Of a DNA stretch of 64,000 nucleotides, positions 39,691-54,212 are shown piece by piece. A program made the position numbers and the translations under genes. Source of the DNA: Podarcis bocagei (taxonomy: Eukaryota); assembly GCA_964188305.1 (NCBI GenBank), contig OZ076889.1. The stretch is one strand, 5' to 3'. Every line of letters begins with the position of its first letter. Position 1 is the stretch's first letter. A model generated the notes under the pieces. It saw only the letters and a program-made list of their open reading frames with translations. It had not been told where the DNA came from and searched no databases.

Positions 39691-39873
39691 CTTGTATTCG
39701 AAGCAAGAAACACAGAGGTAGAGCAAATCCAGTAAACGATTGAGCTGCAGCACAGAAAGGTCCGTGAACCATTTTTGTAGGACACTTTCATCAGCGTTCT
39801 TCAGGACCCACAAGAGGCAGATCAGAAGGTTCCGACTTGACTCGGCTGAAAATGTTGAATGCTGCCTATTGGT
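39691..39873 (-). CDS. DOCK7: DOCK7 exon ([26 protein letters not shown]...CFEYK)
   Basis: 183 nt, GT-AG, phase 0-0. Confidence 0.95.
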
Positions 39874-40736
39874 CTGAAGGCACAGGAAGAACTAGTTAGA
39901 ATCAGGACCACTTCTTCTGTTTGGAATATTACTCAACCAGCTACTCTTATGTTCTTCTGGAAGGAGTCTGGTTGAATTTATTTTAACTATTAATTATTAT
40001 TTGTATGTTTTATTGTGCTTTAAATATTCTATGGGACAGCCAAATTATATACATAATAACATTATTATAATTATTACACTGGTTTTAAGTACTGGCATAG
40101 CCATGAATTGGATCACTGTGAACTATATATCACTTCAATTCTATCTATCTATCATCATCTGCTTTCTTAAGAAATATATTTAAAAATGGAATAGAAATAC
40201 ATTTAAAATTAATTAATTAAATAGTTTAGTTAGTTTGCTACATTTAAACCATTGCTTCACACTGCTATCCCGAAGTGATTTGCAATAATGAAGTATAAAA
40301 CACACAAGATTTTTTTTTATAAAAAAATATAAAATGCTAAGCCATCTAAAGGAGCACACAATATCCACACAGGATAGACATCAGTAGGCACCAACATACT
40401 CAAACTGATTGAACAGGCCTAATGCAAGTCCTCTGAATTTTAACTAAAAATACATTGCCCCCCCCCATATGTTTCACAATGGAGAAGCGAGGTTTTAAAT
40501 CTTGATGTGCAGCCAAAGAGTTTATTATTACACCACTATCTCCCAGGAACAGAGATAATTTTGCTGCAGCGCAATCTATCCGTCACCTCCTCCCACCCAC
40601 CCTCTATGTTCCAAGAGAGAGTAGTGCCATCTGTTCTGTGATCAGGACTGCCACCCACTCTTGCTGCCTTGCAAACACGGGACATGCACATTTGTCTGTT
40701 CACGGGCGTTCTAGAGAAAAAAACACTTCTCTGTAC

Positions 40737-40891
40737 CGATGACGTTAGGAGAAAACTGCTGGGACGGGTGAGTTGCGGGACGGAGGTTCCTGCAATAGCC
40801 ATGGCAACCGTCTGGCTTATCATGCTTCCACCCTCACTCTCATAGTCCTCCATTGCTGTGCAGCTTGGCCGTCCGCGCTGGTTGTGGTTTT
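40737..40891 (-). CDS. DOCK7: DOCK7 exon (ENHNQRGRP...[30 protein letters not shown])
   Basis: 155 nt, GT-AG, phase 1-0. Confidence 0.93.
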
Positions 40892-42065
40892 CTGTAGAGA
40901 AACAAGCCAGTCCCAATGAAGCACCACAGCAACAAGGCTATCCCACTCCGCTACCACCCTCCCAAATTTGTCCCTTAAGTATTGTTTAACTTGGAGGCTA
41001 AGCGGTAATAACGCCTTTCACACTGGACTGCAAACAAGCAAGTAAAGCTATGTTCAAGGTACACTCATAAATTATCTGGATTGCCTCTTTCCCCAGGTTC
41101 AGGATACCAACCATGCAAACAGTTTGCCAGGGGAAACATATGAACCTGCCTCCTTCTATGCAGTCCAGCACTGTAGGTTTGTTGTCAGGAGTTGGTATTG
41201 TCAGGCAGCTGCCAAGGCTCACATTCTAGCTGGTGCCCCACTGTGGCCCCTAGAGATCCCTAGCTCCCCTCTTCTTCCTCGTTGCTGTTGCCTGTTCCCC
41301 TGGCCTCCTCAGGCATGCCAACAGTAACAAGAGCAAGGAGAAGGAAAAGTATACTCCTGGGCTATGATACAAACTGGGCCCAGAGATCTAAGGGAATGGA
41401 CACAGTGGCAGGAAAGTGGACTTCTTGCTCAAGGGCCTTTCAAAATCTGGGACCAACACCGATTCCATACAGAAAATTTATAAGGTTAGGTGTGCTTAGC
41501 TTAAACAGCAGAACTGTATCTTGTACTCTCAGACTGTTAAAATACTGGTGTACAGACAAACCCAACATTTCAGTCAGTGAGCCCAATCAATTATCATCTT
41601 GTATGAGGCCCACTATCCACTAAATATCTTTTTCAGCAAGGCTTTGAGAGGATCTGATTAATTGGCCCAGATCTGACTGCATCTGCCATTAAAGCTCAAT
41701 TGCTGTGGGTTTTATTTTTGTTGTGCTTTATTACTGATGTGACTGTATTCCAACTTGACATTACATTTTGATGAAAAGGGGTGTGTGTGTTAGAAACCTT
41801 TTAAATAAAATAAGTAAGAACTCAACATGAGATAGCAACAGGTCAGTGGAGAAGACATTGGCACACATCCTGTTCTGTGTAGCTTTGGGACTACGTGCAA
41901 AATTTGATTGCTGATGCAAACTCCTGAAGATTTAAGGACTCATTTCCTGGATGTCACTTAGGAATCCCTTGATTTGTTTGTTTGTTTTAAGTTACTTGTT
42001 CAAGTGAAAGACAGCACTCAGGCAGCAGCACAACATGTCTGGCAGTTAATCTGCCATTTTTCTTA

Positions 42066-42296
<231 letters not shown>

Positions 42297-43719
42297 TTAG
42301 TTAATAGTTTTAGAGCAGATAAGACTTGGTAAACACACACCTACACCAACATGCTTACTGATACCACATTTGTCTGTGTGTGCAGTGTGTCTTACAGTTG
42401 CACACCTGTATTAAAAGATGCCGGCATTTTGTCACCTGCAGTAAAATGGTAAATGAATCATGGTCATGGAGATGGCAATTTCACAGCCCCTGGTTTAACC
42501 ACTGAAACAGGATTTGTTCATATGCAAACCCTTTAACATTAGCCAAGTGGCCCTCAAACATGTATTTAGCTCCTACCACCTTTGCAGCAGCTGAAGGTGT
42601 GAACCAGTTTTACAGATGCTTCTCTCCTGTCTCCACACAGATCAATGGAGCAAATGCTTTTCAGTCAACTGGCATAGTGAAAGTCAATAAGCAGAAGGAC
42701 GACCGATGGTAGTTCCCCCAAAGCCCAGTCAATGGGAGCAGGGGCTGCTTATAGATGCCCCTACTGTTCCTTTTTCTCCTGCCAGCTATACATGTTTGCT
42801 ATGGCTCCCTTAACACTTCCTGCCCCTTTGCTCCATTTTGTAAATTTCTTATCAGACTTCTGCATCTTTGCCTTAGTTGCTGCATCCAGAGTCCCTGGTG
42901 GTCACCACAACTTGTGATAATCCGGAAGTGCGGCTTGCAACCTAAATATCCACGTGCTGGAGACTACACACATGCAAAGAGGTGCTTTTATTTACAAGGC
43001 ACTACAACAGGCTGCCTGGAAAATCGGAAACCACGTTAAAAACACAGACCACCTATTTGCCAGATGGGGTTATCTATAAGATAAATGTAAGCCAATTACA
43101 GAGTTGCAAATCTGCCTGCAGATTTGAGGGCAGGGACCACACACCCCTGTGTAGCTGGGGTTAACGGAAACGGTTGGATTTTTAATAACCTGCATGAACA
43201 CAATTTGTTTCAAAGCGGAAATTAGTGTCCAGGTCTTTGGCAATCAAATATTAGTACTACCATGCTTTGGCTGTGATCCAGAGCTCCATGCATCAATAGG
43301 GTTCTCATTGACTCTATGGGTTGTAACCTGCTGAAATTAATAAACCTAAATTAGCCATGTCCATCAGCTTCAGTGGGTCTATGCTCAGTAGAACTAGCAC
43401 TGAATTCAATCTTGTGGTAGATGGAACACCATGAAAGTGACTATGTTTATGGAGAAGCCCACGCTCTCACCCTGTATATACATGGCTGCCTCATAATAAT
43501 GATATAAAAAGGCTGCTCTGGTAGGAAAGATCTTTGGATAGCAATCAAAGCAGAGGTGCTGCTCTGGAGAGCAGCTGGGACTTGCGGAAGAACCTGTTTC
43601 CTTCCTTTTCCCTCTAATATCACATTTGAACGCAGCCCTGCCTAAGGCAGAATTCTGTTTGTGAAACATTAGATCTCCTTTGAATTATTCCATCCCGCCC
43701 AAAAGAATTGTAAAACTCA

Positions 43720-43863
<144 letters not shown>

Positions 43864-44957
43864 TTATGGAAACATTTGTTAAGTTTTACTGTATGTATTT
43901 CAGACTGCAACGTGTCGACTGCATTGTCCTCCGGACAGGTTACATTTTATGAACAGACCATTTGGTAATCCTATAAATGTGGCTGGAGCAACCGTAAACA
44001 AGAGTCTTGTATAACATACTTAAGACTTTTATTTACAGAACTCCGAAAGACTCCACATGCACTTTGCTAAGCTCTCACAAACACTGCTCTCTATTTTTCT
44101 GTATTTCCAGTAAGTGAAGCCAGAATTTTCCCAATTCATGAGCTACACCTCTGAATATAGAATCACATCCCTATGATAAAGTTTTTTCCATCCTCCTCCT
44201 CCTCCTAACAACTTAAATACAAAGTCAAGGAGCATGAAATATACAAGCAGTATATACAGTTACACACAGCTTAAATTATCTTCAGTACATATAGTATACC
44301 TGCTGTGAGTTACGTTTTACTGTTCCAATAATGTGTGGTATTAAAATGTGCAATATAGATTTGCTTTCCGTTCACCTTATTTAATTTGTATGTAGCAGGT
44401 AAGCTTGGTCATGAATTGCACGCGGTTCACAGTCTTTCAAAAATTGGAATTATCTAAGCTCTACAGCATTTTGCATAGAGCATGTATGTTGCAACAACCA
44501 CAGGAGACAAATTCCCTCTATTTTCTTTAAAAAAAAATAATTATTGTTTTTAAGTGCAAGGCTTATAATAAGAGTAAATCTGTCTTCTTCTTCTTACCCA
44601 ATAGTTGATCACAACGGGACACGACAACCACAAGTGGCAAAAGGTGACTGGCTCTTAATTATCATGGTGGACACTGACCTTAGGATGCTTGGTGAGTGCT
44701 GTACCATCTAGTCCTCTGCCAGTCAACCTGGCTGGCTTTATCCAGTAAAGATAGAGGTGCTATGTGCAAAAATGGTGCTTGCCTTTCCCTAGGAGACTCT
44801 CTATTCTCCTGGTTGTCCAGCACCCATATAATTTAAAGCACTTTCCTCAGCCAGTCTGGATGCTGATTACACAAATGAGCACCAAAGGATAACCTACATT
44901 CAAAGCAGAACAATACTTGGAAAAGGTACCCCATTCTACAAGTGCTGCCACCACTCA

Positions 44958-45206
<249 letters not shown>

Positions 45207-45264
45207 TTAAAGAGTTACAGGCCACAAGAAGCTACTGCCACACAGAAATTACAGCTACAATTAA

Positions 45265-45580
45265 TCCTGCTAGACTGATGACTGGCAGCAGCGACAAGGA
45301 CCACATAACACGCCCTAAAAGATCTACATTGGCTCCCAGTACATTTCTGAGCACAATTCAAAGTGTTGGTGCTGACCTTTAAAGCCCTACACAGTTTCAG
45401 CCCTGTATACCTGAAGGAGCATCTCCACCCCCATTGTTCAGCCCGGACACTGAGGTCCAGCTCCAAGGGCCTTTTGGTGGTTCCTTCACTGAGAGAAGTG
45501 AAGCTACAGAAAACCAGACAGAAGATATTTTGGTAGTCGCACCACCCATTCTGTAGAATGCCCTCCCATCAGATGTCAAA
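45265..45580 (+). mobile_element. L2 LINE internal ORF2 fragment
   Basis: LHWLPVHF*AQFKVLVLTFKAL-like remnant, homologous to 17930-18325. Confidence 0.7.
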
Positions 45581-45817
45581 CTGGCCCAGTGCCCTGGCCT
45601 CCCCTGAAAATGCCATTGAACCAGCCTCAAATTGACAACTGAAAGTGAAGCTCCTGTCACTCCACCAGTCATGCTCTTACGAATTCTGCTCCAGAGATGA
45701 ACTTTCCTTCTGCTCCTACCCTCCTTCTTTCCCCTTCCCTGCTGCAGTCTCCAAAGATTCTCTGCTTTCACCTCATGCCAACCCATCCCCACCTCTTTTT
45801 TATCCGGAGACTTTTAC

Positions 45818-45931
45818 CTGTTTGTAGTACACCTTAGTAAGGCTGAAGACAAATCCTCTGTCCATAACAGTGAGTAGATCGTTTAGGAAGAAGGCTAAGC
45901 TAGTGTTGAGCCTTTCAATCATTTCAGCATC
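45818..45931 (-). CDS. DOCK7: DOCK7 exon ([38 protein letters not shown])
   Basis: 114 nt, GT-AG, phase 0-0. Confidence 0.95.
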
Positions 45932-46099
45932 CTACATTGGGGTGGGGCAGAAGGGAATGAAAGGAAAGGAACAGAGATAAACACTGAGGCTTCATGCTAA
46001 GGCCCTCATCCAAGAATCTGTCTTGCATCATCTGGAAGTTATCGTTCAGAATCAGCGGTTAAAATTTTGACAAGAGCACGGCTGAACTTCTTCCATTAC

Positions 46100-46240
46100 C
46101 TTCTGAAACCGGGAGACTATATCACTGGCAATTGTGCTGACCAGAGCAGCTATGTCATCCATGAAGCGCTCCGGAAAACGATTCTTCCTTGGAGCATCGA
46201 GTTTGTCAGCAAAATACAAATGATGCACCATACTTTTTAC
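46100..46240 (-). CDS. DOCK7: DOCK7 exon ([29 protein letters not shown]...SRFQK)
   Basis: 141 nt, GT-AG, phase 0-0. Confidence 0.95.
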
Positions 46241-46571
46241 CTGGAGGGAACATATATTATAAGTTGCAGTCAGTTGCAAGGGGAGAGGGTGGGGAGAAAA
46301 AAAAATCAGCCATGGATAGATAGCACTGTGATTTGATGCCTTTCTTTAACACAAACCAGTCACAGCAATAGCTACAGATCCATCCTGTTTGGTGAGGGGC
46401 AGAATTTTCACCTCTAAACATTTCCTGGTGTTTCAAGTGGGGCAAAATACATCCTGTCCTCTCCTTTCAAATTTCCTTTTTGTGCGTGTGCCTGCTCCCA
46501 GCCCAAGCTCCTGCTGCGTCTTCTGAGCTATGCTTTCCCTTTTTATTTCTTCTTATAATTACACAGTAAGT

Positions 46572-46752
46572 AGGGCCATAGCTCAAGGGTACAGCATCCC
46601 ATTTGCATGCAGAAGGTCCCAGGTTTAATCCCCAGCTAGGGCTTGGTATGTACCCAGTCTGGAATCCTGGAGAACTGCTGCCAGTCAGTGTATGCAATAC
46701 TGAGCTAGATAGACCAAAGGTCTGACTCAGTATAAGGCAAACTTCCTACATG
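46572..46752 (+). mobile_element. tRNA-derived SINE (Squam3-like)
   Basis: ggggccatagctcaaggg...ttgcatgcagaaggtcccaggtttaatcccc head; actgagctagatagaccaaaggtctgactcagtataaggca tail. Confidence 0.7.
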
Positions 46753-47450
46753 GTAAAGTCAAAGCCCCACATAGACAATCAGAAGACCTGTTCCCTGCCT
46801 TGCTACAATGTAAGAGTGAGCAATGAAACCGGTGCTGGATCCAAATTTTGCGGGGCCCTTGAATAAGAGGCTTTCAGTGGTATCTCCTTTCTGAGTGGCC
46901 TTTCTTCTCACCACCACCGTCACTGCTCCCCATTCACTCCTCCTCTCACTCTGGGCTCAATCTGAAGCACTGGCCAGAAGGAAGATGAAGGCTCATGGCA
47001 CTGCCCACTCGGGGGGAAACAAGTGAACATAAACAGCTAGTAGATAACAGGGGCTGGGCAATAGGCCCCCTCCTGGAATGTAGTTCTTGGTGGCACCTAA
47101 CCATGCTGACCACCATCACCCACAGCACCCTGAACAAAATGGCTGCAGTACAGAAGGCCAAGTCATGGAGCATTCTCACAGCTGCCTTCGCAATGGGGAT
47201 GCCCCCACAAACATTTCTCTACACTCCTCTGAGCCCCTTCTCATCACTGAGGAGATTCTGCAAAACTGTTTTTGAGAAGCCGTCTGCCACCCTCCCCTCC
47301 AAGGTCCTGTCTCATCTCTAATTCACACTACCTAGCGGAATTATTCAAGGGCATTTCAAGCGTTGCACTAGCACAAGCACCTGGGAAATCAGTGGAATTA
47401 AGGTGAAACAGGAGAGAGAGAAAATGAAGCAGATTTCCTTGTTCTCTTAC

Positions 47451-47546
47451 CATAAGTTCGAAGAAGAACCACGCTTGCTGGAGAGCTGCCTCACGTACAC
47501 TCCCACTGCAGACAACCCACTGTAAGGCCAGTTCTTCATGAAAAAG
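47451..47546 (-). CDS. DOCK7: DOCK7 exon ([32 protein letters not shown])
   Basis: 96 nt, GT-AG, phase 0-0. Confidence 0.95.
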
Positions 47547-48747
47547 CTAGCCAGATTCAAATTCACATTCAGTATCAGTTGCATGACAATTTTCAAACAC
47601 ACAATCCATTAAAAAAAAAACCACAACAGTAACACAGGGTTGGTGTGGACATAATACTAAAGCATTATTAGACTTAAGAGAACAAGTCTAGCTTCCCTTA
47701 GCTCATATGATCCCTCTCTCCTTTCCTAATGCAGATATATAGAGGAATCTGGAAGCTTTTGATTCTGTTTTTTATTATTATAATTAAGCAAAGCTTGTTG
47801 TGTCATTCTAACATGGATGAACTGTGGTTAAGTCTTAACTATGGTTGATAGAAACAAATATGAAGTTGGCTTCTTTTCCCTAACCATAGTTAAGATTAAC
47901 CAGTTTAAGGTTTGAATGATGTACTAAACTGTACTTAATCTAAAAAGTGGAAGCTTCTAGTCTCTTCTTCACAGGTATAGTGGAGAAGTGGAGAGTCCAG
48001 GGGGAGGCCAAGCTCATTCTCATAAAGCTAAATCATGGTTAAGCATTTATGTCCGAACACAGTCACAGTGAAGGATGAGAGTAAGCAAAACAATGAGTGT
48101 GAAGGGAACAGCAATGGTAAATGTGCTTTGATGAAATACTTGGGGAACAACATCAGACCACAGTGTGTACTGTGTGTGAGAAATATTTCACATCACCTTG
48201 GTCCAGAATTTTATTATCAGTGTTGTTGTTTTTTAAAAAAAATCACACTCTTTCCCTCAAAATGCTTGCTTTAGTTTTAAACATTTTGCCTAGCCTTTTC
48301 TTAACAGAATCAAGAAAAGGAGAACCTCTACGGTACACAGGATGATACCTTATCAAAGCAAATTATAATTTGCTCTGTGATTCTGGCAAAGATTATAAAC
48401 ATAAGGCATTGGCTGAATAAATCATCACGAGCTTCTCTCTTCTGGTTCGTGAATTGTTGCCTTCCCTCTTGTTTTTCTTATCTTGGCACCACAAAGGGGC
48501 ATAATTGACAGCTAATTATGTAGGGATGTTTTGTTGTTTTGTTTCATTTTTAAAAATCAGGCTTTCATAAGGAAGTAGTTTATTTCTAAGCCTGGGGGAG
48601 GTGAGAGGGACACTGCTGGAGTGAACATAATCATGCTATCACAGTTGCTTCTGACAACATGCTCCTCTCTCTCATTTTGATCTTGCCAGAGGGGCATAAG
48701 ACAGAACAGCAGAGGTTCACTGGCCATTTGACATGTATGATTTAGTT

Positions 48748-48826
48748 GAGATTCCTGCATTGCAGGGAGTTGGACTAGATGACCCTCAGGGTCCCCTTCC
48801 AATTCTACAATTCTGTTATTCTATGA
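48748..48826 (+). mobile_element. CR1-like/SINE 3' tail
   Basis: cctgcattgcagggagttggactagatgaccctcagggtccccttccaattctacaattctg, same tail as the 15642 SINE. Confidence 0.7.
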
Positions 48827-49564
48827 AACCATGAGACCCCTGCAACATTAGAACAAACACTTCCCTCAGAGGTGTTAAAAATGCAATTTATGCTTTGGCA
48901 TGTAGGTAGAGTGCTGCTGAAGCTAAATGTAAGATACAGTTCTGAAGAACAAACAGCCTCCTGGAAGAAGATAGGAGGCAGAGGAGGGAAACAGTTCATC
49001 CCTGGAGGGTACTTGACAGGAAGGAGCTCCTGTTTGTTCCTCCCCTACCTTCCGTTGCGGTAGGTGGAAAAGACCTGCTTGGGGAGGTTCCTAGCAGGCT
49101 AAAAGTTTAGCAGTGCTATTATCTCTTCCCCTCCCTTAGAAGAAGTAAAGAATGAATGGGAAGGATGATGGAAAAGATGGCAGGAGTTTTTTCTGGCTCT
49201 CATTTATTCGCTCCAAAACTTACGAAAAACCAAGACAGAAAATGGCCAGTGGGAGCCACTGCAGAGCCCACATTTCTTGCGCATCTGCTTAAATCTTTGT
49301 ACTATTCTTGAGAGAATTGTTTAAAATTGGAGAGCGGAACTCTTTTGAAACCATAAGTGGATCTTCTGAAACATTTTATGACAGCCTGAAGCCCTGGCGT
49401 TTAAGAAGAACTGAGCAACCTTGGCTCTAAGCTGACTCAGCACTCTCAAAATCAAGACACAAAGACAGGGAACCCACTAAAGTGTGATGGCTTTAATGGT
49501 TTATAATGACTTAAAACTTCCCTGCCTTCCATACAATGTTTAAATTGTCTTCACTAAAATCTAC

Positions 49565-49654
49565 CTTTTTAGTTGGCAACCGTCCTGTTAATGTTTGTAA
49601 GAAACTTGACGTCTCTGTGTGCGAAGACATACGATTACAACTTCGGTCTGTAGC
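49565..49654 (-). CDS. DOCK7: DOCK7 exon ([30 protein letters not shown])
   Basis: 90 nt, GT-AG, phase 0-0. Confidence 0.93.
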
Positions 49655-50777
49655 CTACAGAGTGGGAAATGAATGAATGATGACAGCACATTAAAGTTGG
49701 TTGCGGGTGACATTTGCAGTTTGGGGGCTACGCACATCAACAAAGTAAACAGAAACATCCAGGTATCAAATTCTTTTGTGCATCTCGTCAAATAAAGGCC
49801 CAGTCCGGACAATCATTTGAGGAATCATAAGTCAAGATTTATGAAGCTGGGAATGAGTGCAGGGGCCAAGCATCCTTCCCCTCCACCTCCATCCAATTTG
49901 GGCATTGAAACCATTGAACGAACATCCACATTGTGGAATTCTGGCTTAATGTTCATTAACAAATCGGATCTAAGTCAGGATATGATCTAATTCCGCCTTC
50001 TTTTCCTTGTTCGTTAACTGACATTAAGACAGAGTTCCTCGGTTTTGATGCAAAAACCAGGATTTTTACACCAAAGCTGTCATGCAGCAGAGTAGGGGAG
50101 CTTGACCCTGACTTCATAAGCCATGGCTTACAAAGTCTCAAATGCAATAATCAAGTGCAAAGTTTTTGCATAAAGGTATGTATTGTTGCAAAGCACGAAA
50201 CTGGTGTGTAGCAGCATTATAGTCTGTTGACGTGTATATTAAGAAAGCAGCATACTTTAAGATATCAGCGCCATTCCTTCCAGCTTAAACAAATGCAGGG
50301 TTCTTACCTCCAAAGTATAATCCAATACCAATGGTTATTGCACTAAACATGACTTTTTTGATTCTTAAATCTGGTTTTAATTTTGATGGCTTTTTGATTA
50401 GAATGATGTTCATTTCTATCAGATTTGTTTGGGGTTGAAAAAAATGTTTTGCTTTTGTAGATAAAGCTGAGAGGTATGTTCAACTGACTTCAACCCATTC
50501 ATTTGTTGGTACAAATATCCAATAAATCAATAATCATGCAGTGTTAAGAAGCAAGCAGCTAAGGTTATAGTGTCAAGACCCTACACATTTCATACTTTGC
50601 AACAAAGGTATCTCTTATGACACCCCCCACAGTATCCAAATGTTATTAGCTGAGATTAAGATCTAACATACACAAACACAATTGCAGTCACCTATTCACA
50701 TGACAAAAGGAGGAGGGGTGGATGAGGAAGAAAAATGCATTATGAAAATGGTAAAAAGGAAAAGTGGCATGTTACCA

Positions 50778-50778
<1 letters not shown>

Positions 50779-50828
<50 letters not shown>

Positions 50829-50829
50829 C
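50779..50829. repeat. (AAC)17 microsatellite
   Basis: Perfect trinucleotide run; (UUG)n on the DOCK7 pre-mRNA. Confidence 0.95.
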
Positions 50830-51187
50830 TTATATTTGGGGGAGGGGATTCTTTGAACATGTTTCCATTAGGAATATGTGTCACCTAACATTCAGAACTT
50901 TTGTAGAGGTAGATTATAAAGAAAGGGGGAAAGGAAATTAAATTATATAGCATCACCATTTCACAAACCCAAAAACAACTGAAATACAAAGCGAGGACAA
51001 ACAGTGGTGGCAAGTGGGTGGTTTTTCATGCAGTGTGGCGGTGGTGGGGGGTGGGGAATGAGGACATGGAACTCTTCAAAATAGATAAAGGCAAGTCAAG
51101 AAGACCACAGTGTAAACTTGGGGGGATAAGATGTTCTATAAGGTAATATTAGCCAAGGCAAGAATAAAGCTCTAATGTAGACACCAC

Positions 51188-51280
51188 CTGTGTAGTCTCT
51201 GCACTTGGACTGGGGTTGGATCCCCATGGGGCAGCTTTTGGAGCACCAGTGTTTACCCAGGAATTGGAGCGGTCTAAGCC
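51188..51280 (-). CDS. DOCK7: DOCK7 cassette exon ([31 protein letters not shown])
   Basis: 93 nt, phase 0-0, weak donor CAG|gtggtg; corresponds to the alternatively spliced 31-aa exon (human exon 23, from memory). Confidence 0.92.
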
Positions 51281-53330
51281 CTGGGCATATAACAGAAAGC
51301 AGCAGGGAAAGGAAAGAAATGTTACATGTTGCATGCCACACAGTACAGGAAAACGCAGAGAAAATCAATTCCTTCAAAGAAACCCAGAGTGTATTCCATA
51401 CAATTAGTACTGTTAAAACTAACTACGTTTCAGTCCAACGGGTTATTTCTCTCATTTCCTCATCACACACGCGCTCACATGCTAAAAAGATGGATGTCTT
51501 CAATAAAGGGCATCTTATCAAATTTCCCTTTTTTATTGATTTTTAAAAATATATAAGAAAATCACTCTCATAAATATGTGTATGATGCTGTAACTATAGG
51601 CCCAGATCCAAATAAAGTCAGTCACACTGAAATTAGTGGAACTTATAAATGAGTTGCAGTTAAACTTGTCTTATAAATTTCAATGAGATTTAAGAGCAGC
51701 TAATTTTGCCTGAATTTGGGTCATTGATTACATCTTAAAGAAACCATTTTTGTGGGTTTTTAAACAAATACAAGAACCATTAAACATTTATCCAGCAGTA
51801 CATCTAATGGTGTTTGTTCTAGCCATTGACTTTAGACATAAACTTACATATTCAATGTTCAAACGTATTACTTAACATAACCTCTCCACTGAGACTATTG
51901 AGCGGTTGGTATAACAAGGATTTTATCTTATTACTTCAAAGAAAGTAGCCTCATCAGGCCTCTCTTCACCAGCTCAGAGTAATGAAACCTGTCCACATAC
52001 ATTTCTGGGCACACAAAAATCGGTATCTGCACACAGATGCACCCAAATTACTGTTTCAAAAGTTTCCTAGTCTCCTGTAAATTGCTACAGCCATCCTGTT
52101 GGCATTTTATACTTGGACCAAAGGTCCCTGAACCAAACATTGGCAGATAATTAATGAATAAACAATCCAGGTCTCAGAGTCAAAATTTATAAACCATGAA
52201 GCAATATGAAAGCACTCTTAGGAGTATAGAAACTTGCAGTAAATAAAGTTCAACAAGCTGGGGCAAGAACAGTCCTGCAATCAAAATTTCTGTAAGATGC
52301 AGTTTGTGGTTGGTTGGTGTTCCACCTGCCTTTTAAAAATCCATTGGCCAGTCTGAGTGCCAATCATGTCCTTGTATTGTATTCCTCCTTCCACTCCCCC
52401 AGCTCCCACCTCAGACTCCCTCACCCCCTGGGTGCAGGGCAGGAACTGGAATAATCCAATCCATAATTTGGACCCAATCTATATTTTTTTCTAAAGCAAA
52501 ACAGGATTTCAGAAGCATAGCAAAAAGCCCCAAATCAGATTTTGGTCGGGAAAGAAATCATGACACTTCCAAAGCAAAATTGAGGGTTTCCACTGATTTT
52601 GATGTGCCCAGAGTTTTACAATATCTCTGCCAGGCTGTCGCATTACTCCTTCCAGCTTATTAAAAAGCAGAATATGTTTCTGTAAGAAAGCTTCTATCCA
52701 TTTTTATTGCCAAATTACTCAAGGCCAGGCAGCTCACATAAAACTTATCATATCCAAGGTAAATTCCATGTGCACATCACTCCCTCAGGCATTTCACAAA
52801 AAGGTCAAGGTGGTTTAATTAGCAAGACCATCAAATGGATACTTAAATATTCTGAGCTCTCCCAGTCAAAGCCTTTAATGTTTAATAAGAACAACACGTG
52901 TCGCTTTTTGGGGTGAAATGGTTTTTTTTTTAATCATTCAAAAATTATTAAATTCCTTGGTGCTTCCATTTCCATCTTGCCCTTTTATACAAACGGGGCG
53001 ATGACTTAAAAAAATAAAGTGCCTTCGATTGATTTTTTCATGTAACTGGGTGTAAAACGCTTTTAAAGTGGCTCATAAAATAATTTGGACCGAAAGGAAA
53101 AAGTAAAGGTCAGAACTTCACAATGAAAGAGTCTGCTCTTTCGTTGCCTTTGTCCTTGTACAGGTAGAGCACCTTGAAAAGTAACCTGCTTACGACTGCA
53201 AACACCCTTGGAGCGCTGCCTTCCTGAACAAGCAAGGACATCGCGGCACATTTTAAAGTACAGGCTGCATCCAATTGAGGGCAGACAACACTGCCTGGAC
53301 CTCAGTGGGGTTTGAAAATGTAAGAGATTA

Positions 53331-53591
<261 letters not shown>

Positions 53592-54212
53592 TCAACAAGG
53601 CAGCATGAGGCAGAATACCGCATACCAAACCAACACTAGTTCCACTTCAAGTACCAGTCATTTCCACAGCTTCCTCAATGGCGCTGCTGGCAGATCCCTT
53701 GGGTTCAAGTCATCCTTTGTGTTGCCTTCACTTCCCATCGGTCTCTGAAAATGATTGCCTTTGAAGCTTTCAAAGGAGGCACTGGAAGCCTCAGCTGGTA
53801 TGGAATTCATACACTGCCTTCATCAAGATGCCTGCACTTACTCAGTGGTGAGGAAAAGAGCCTGAACAGATGAGCCTTGATTCAACAAACCACAATGGAA
53901 GGGGGATCTTCCGACACCACCCACTCCAGCTGAAGCTGCTTGTATCCCATAGAAATATGTTCCTTGAGGTTGTGGGACCACTCAGCATGGGTGGACAGGA
54001 GATGGAGAGCAACTGTGTGGAGGTGGAAACTGGGAAGCATTAGGGACTCTGGTGCATCCAAGCGATGGTTGTGTGCACCGCCCTTTTTGCCAACTAACTC
54101 ACATGCTCTCTTGCTAAAACTAGGCTCAGCCTCTGACAAACCCCAAGACAACTAACACCTGGAGAAGCATGCCCCGCAGTTCCAACCTTTACTCCCCAAA
54201 AAGAGAACTTAC

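Noticed and set aside
49655-49730. Upstream alternative acceptor (gtgcgtag|CCCCC) for the ATDRS exon
   Set aside because: It would add 73 nt and shift the frame; no independent support.
50682-50941. PolyQ, polyC and polyT ORFs
   Set aside because: Artefacts of the (AAC)n microsatellite.
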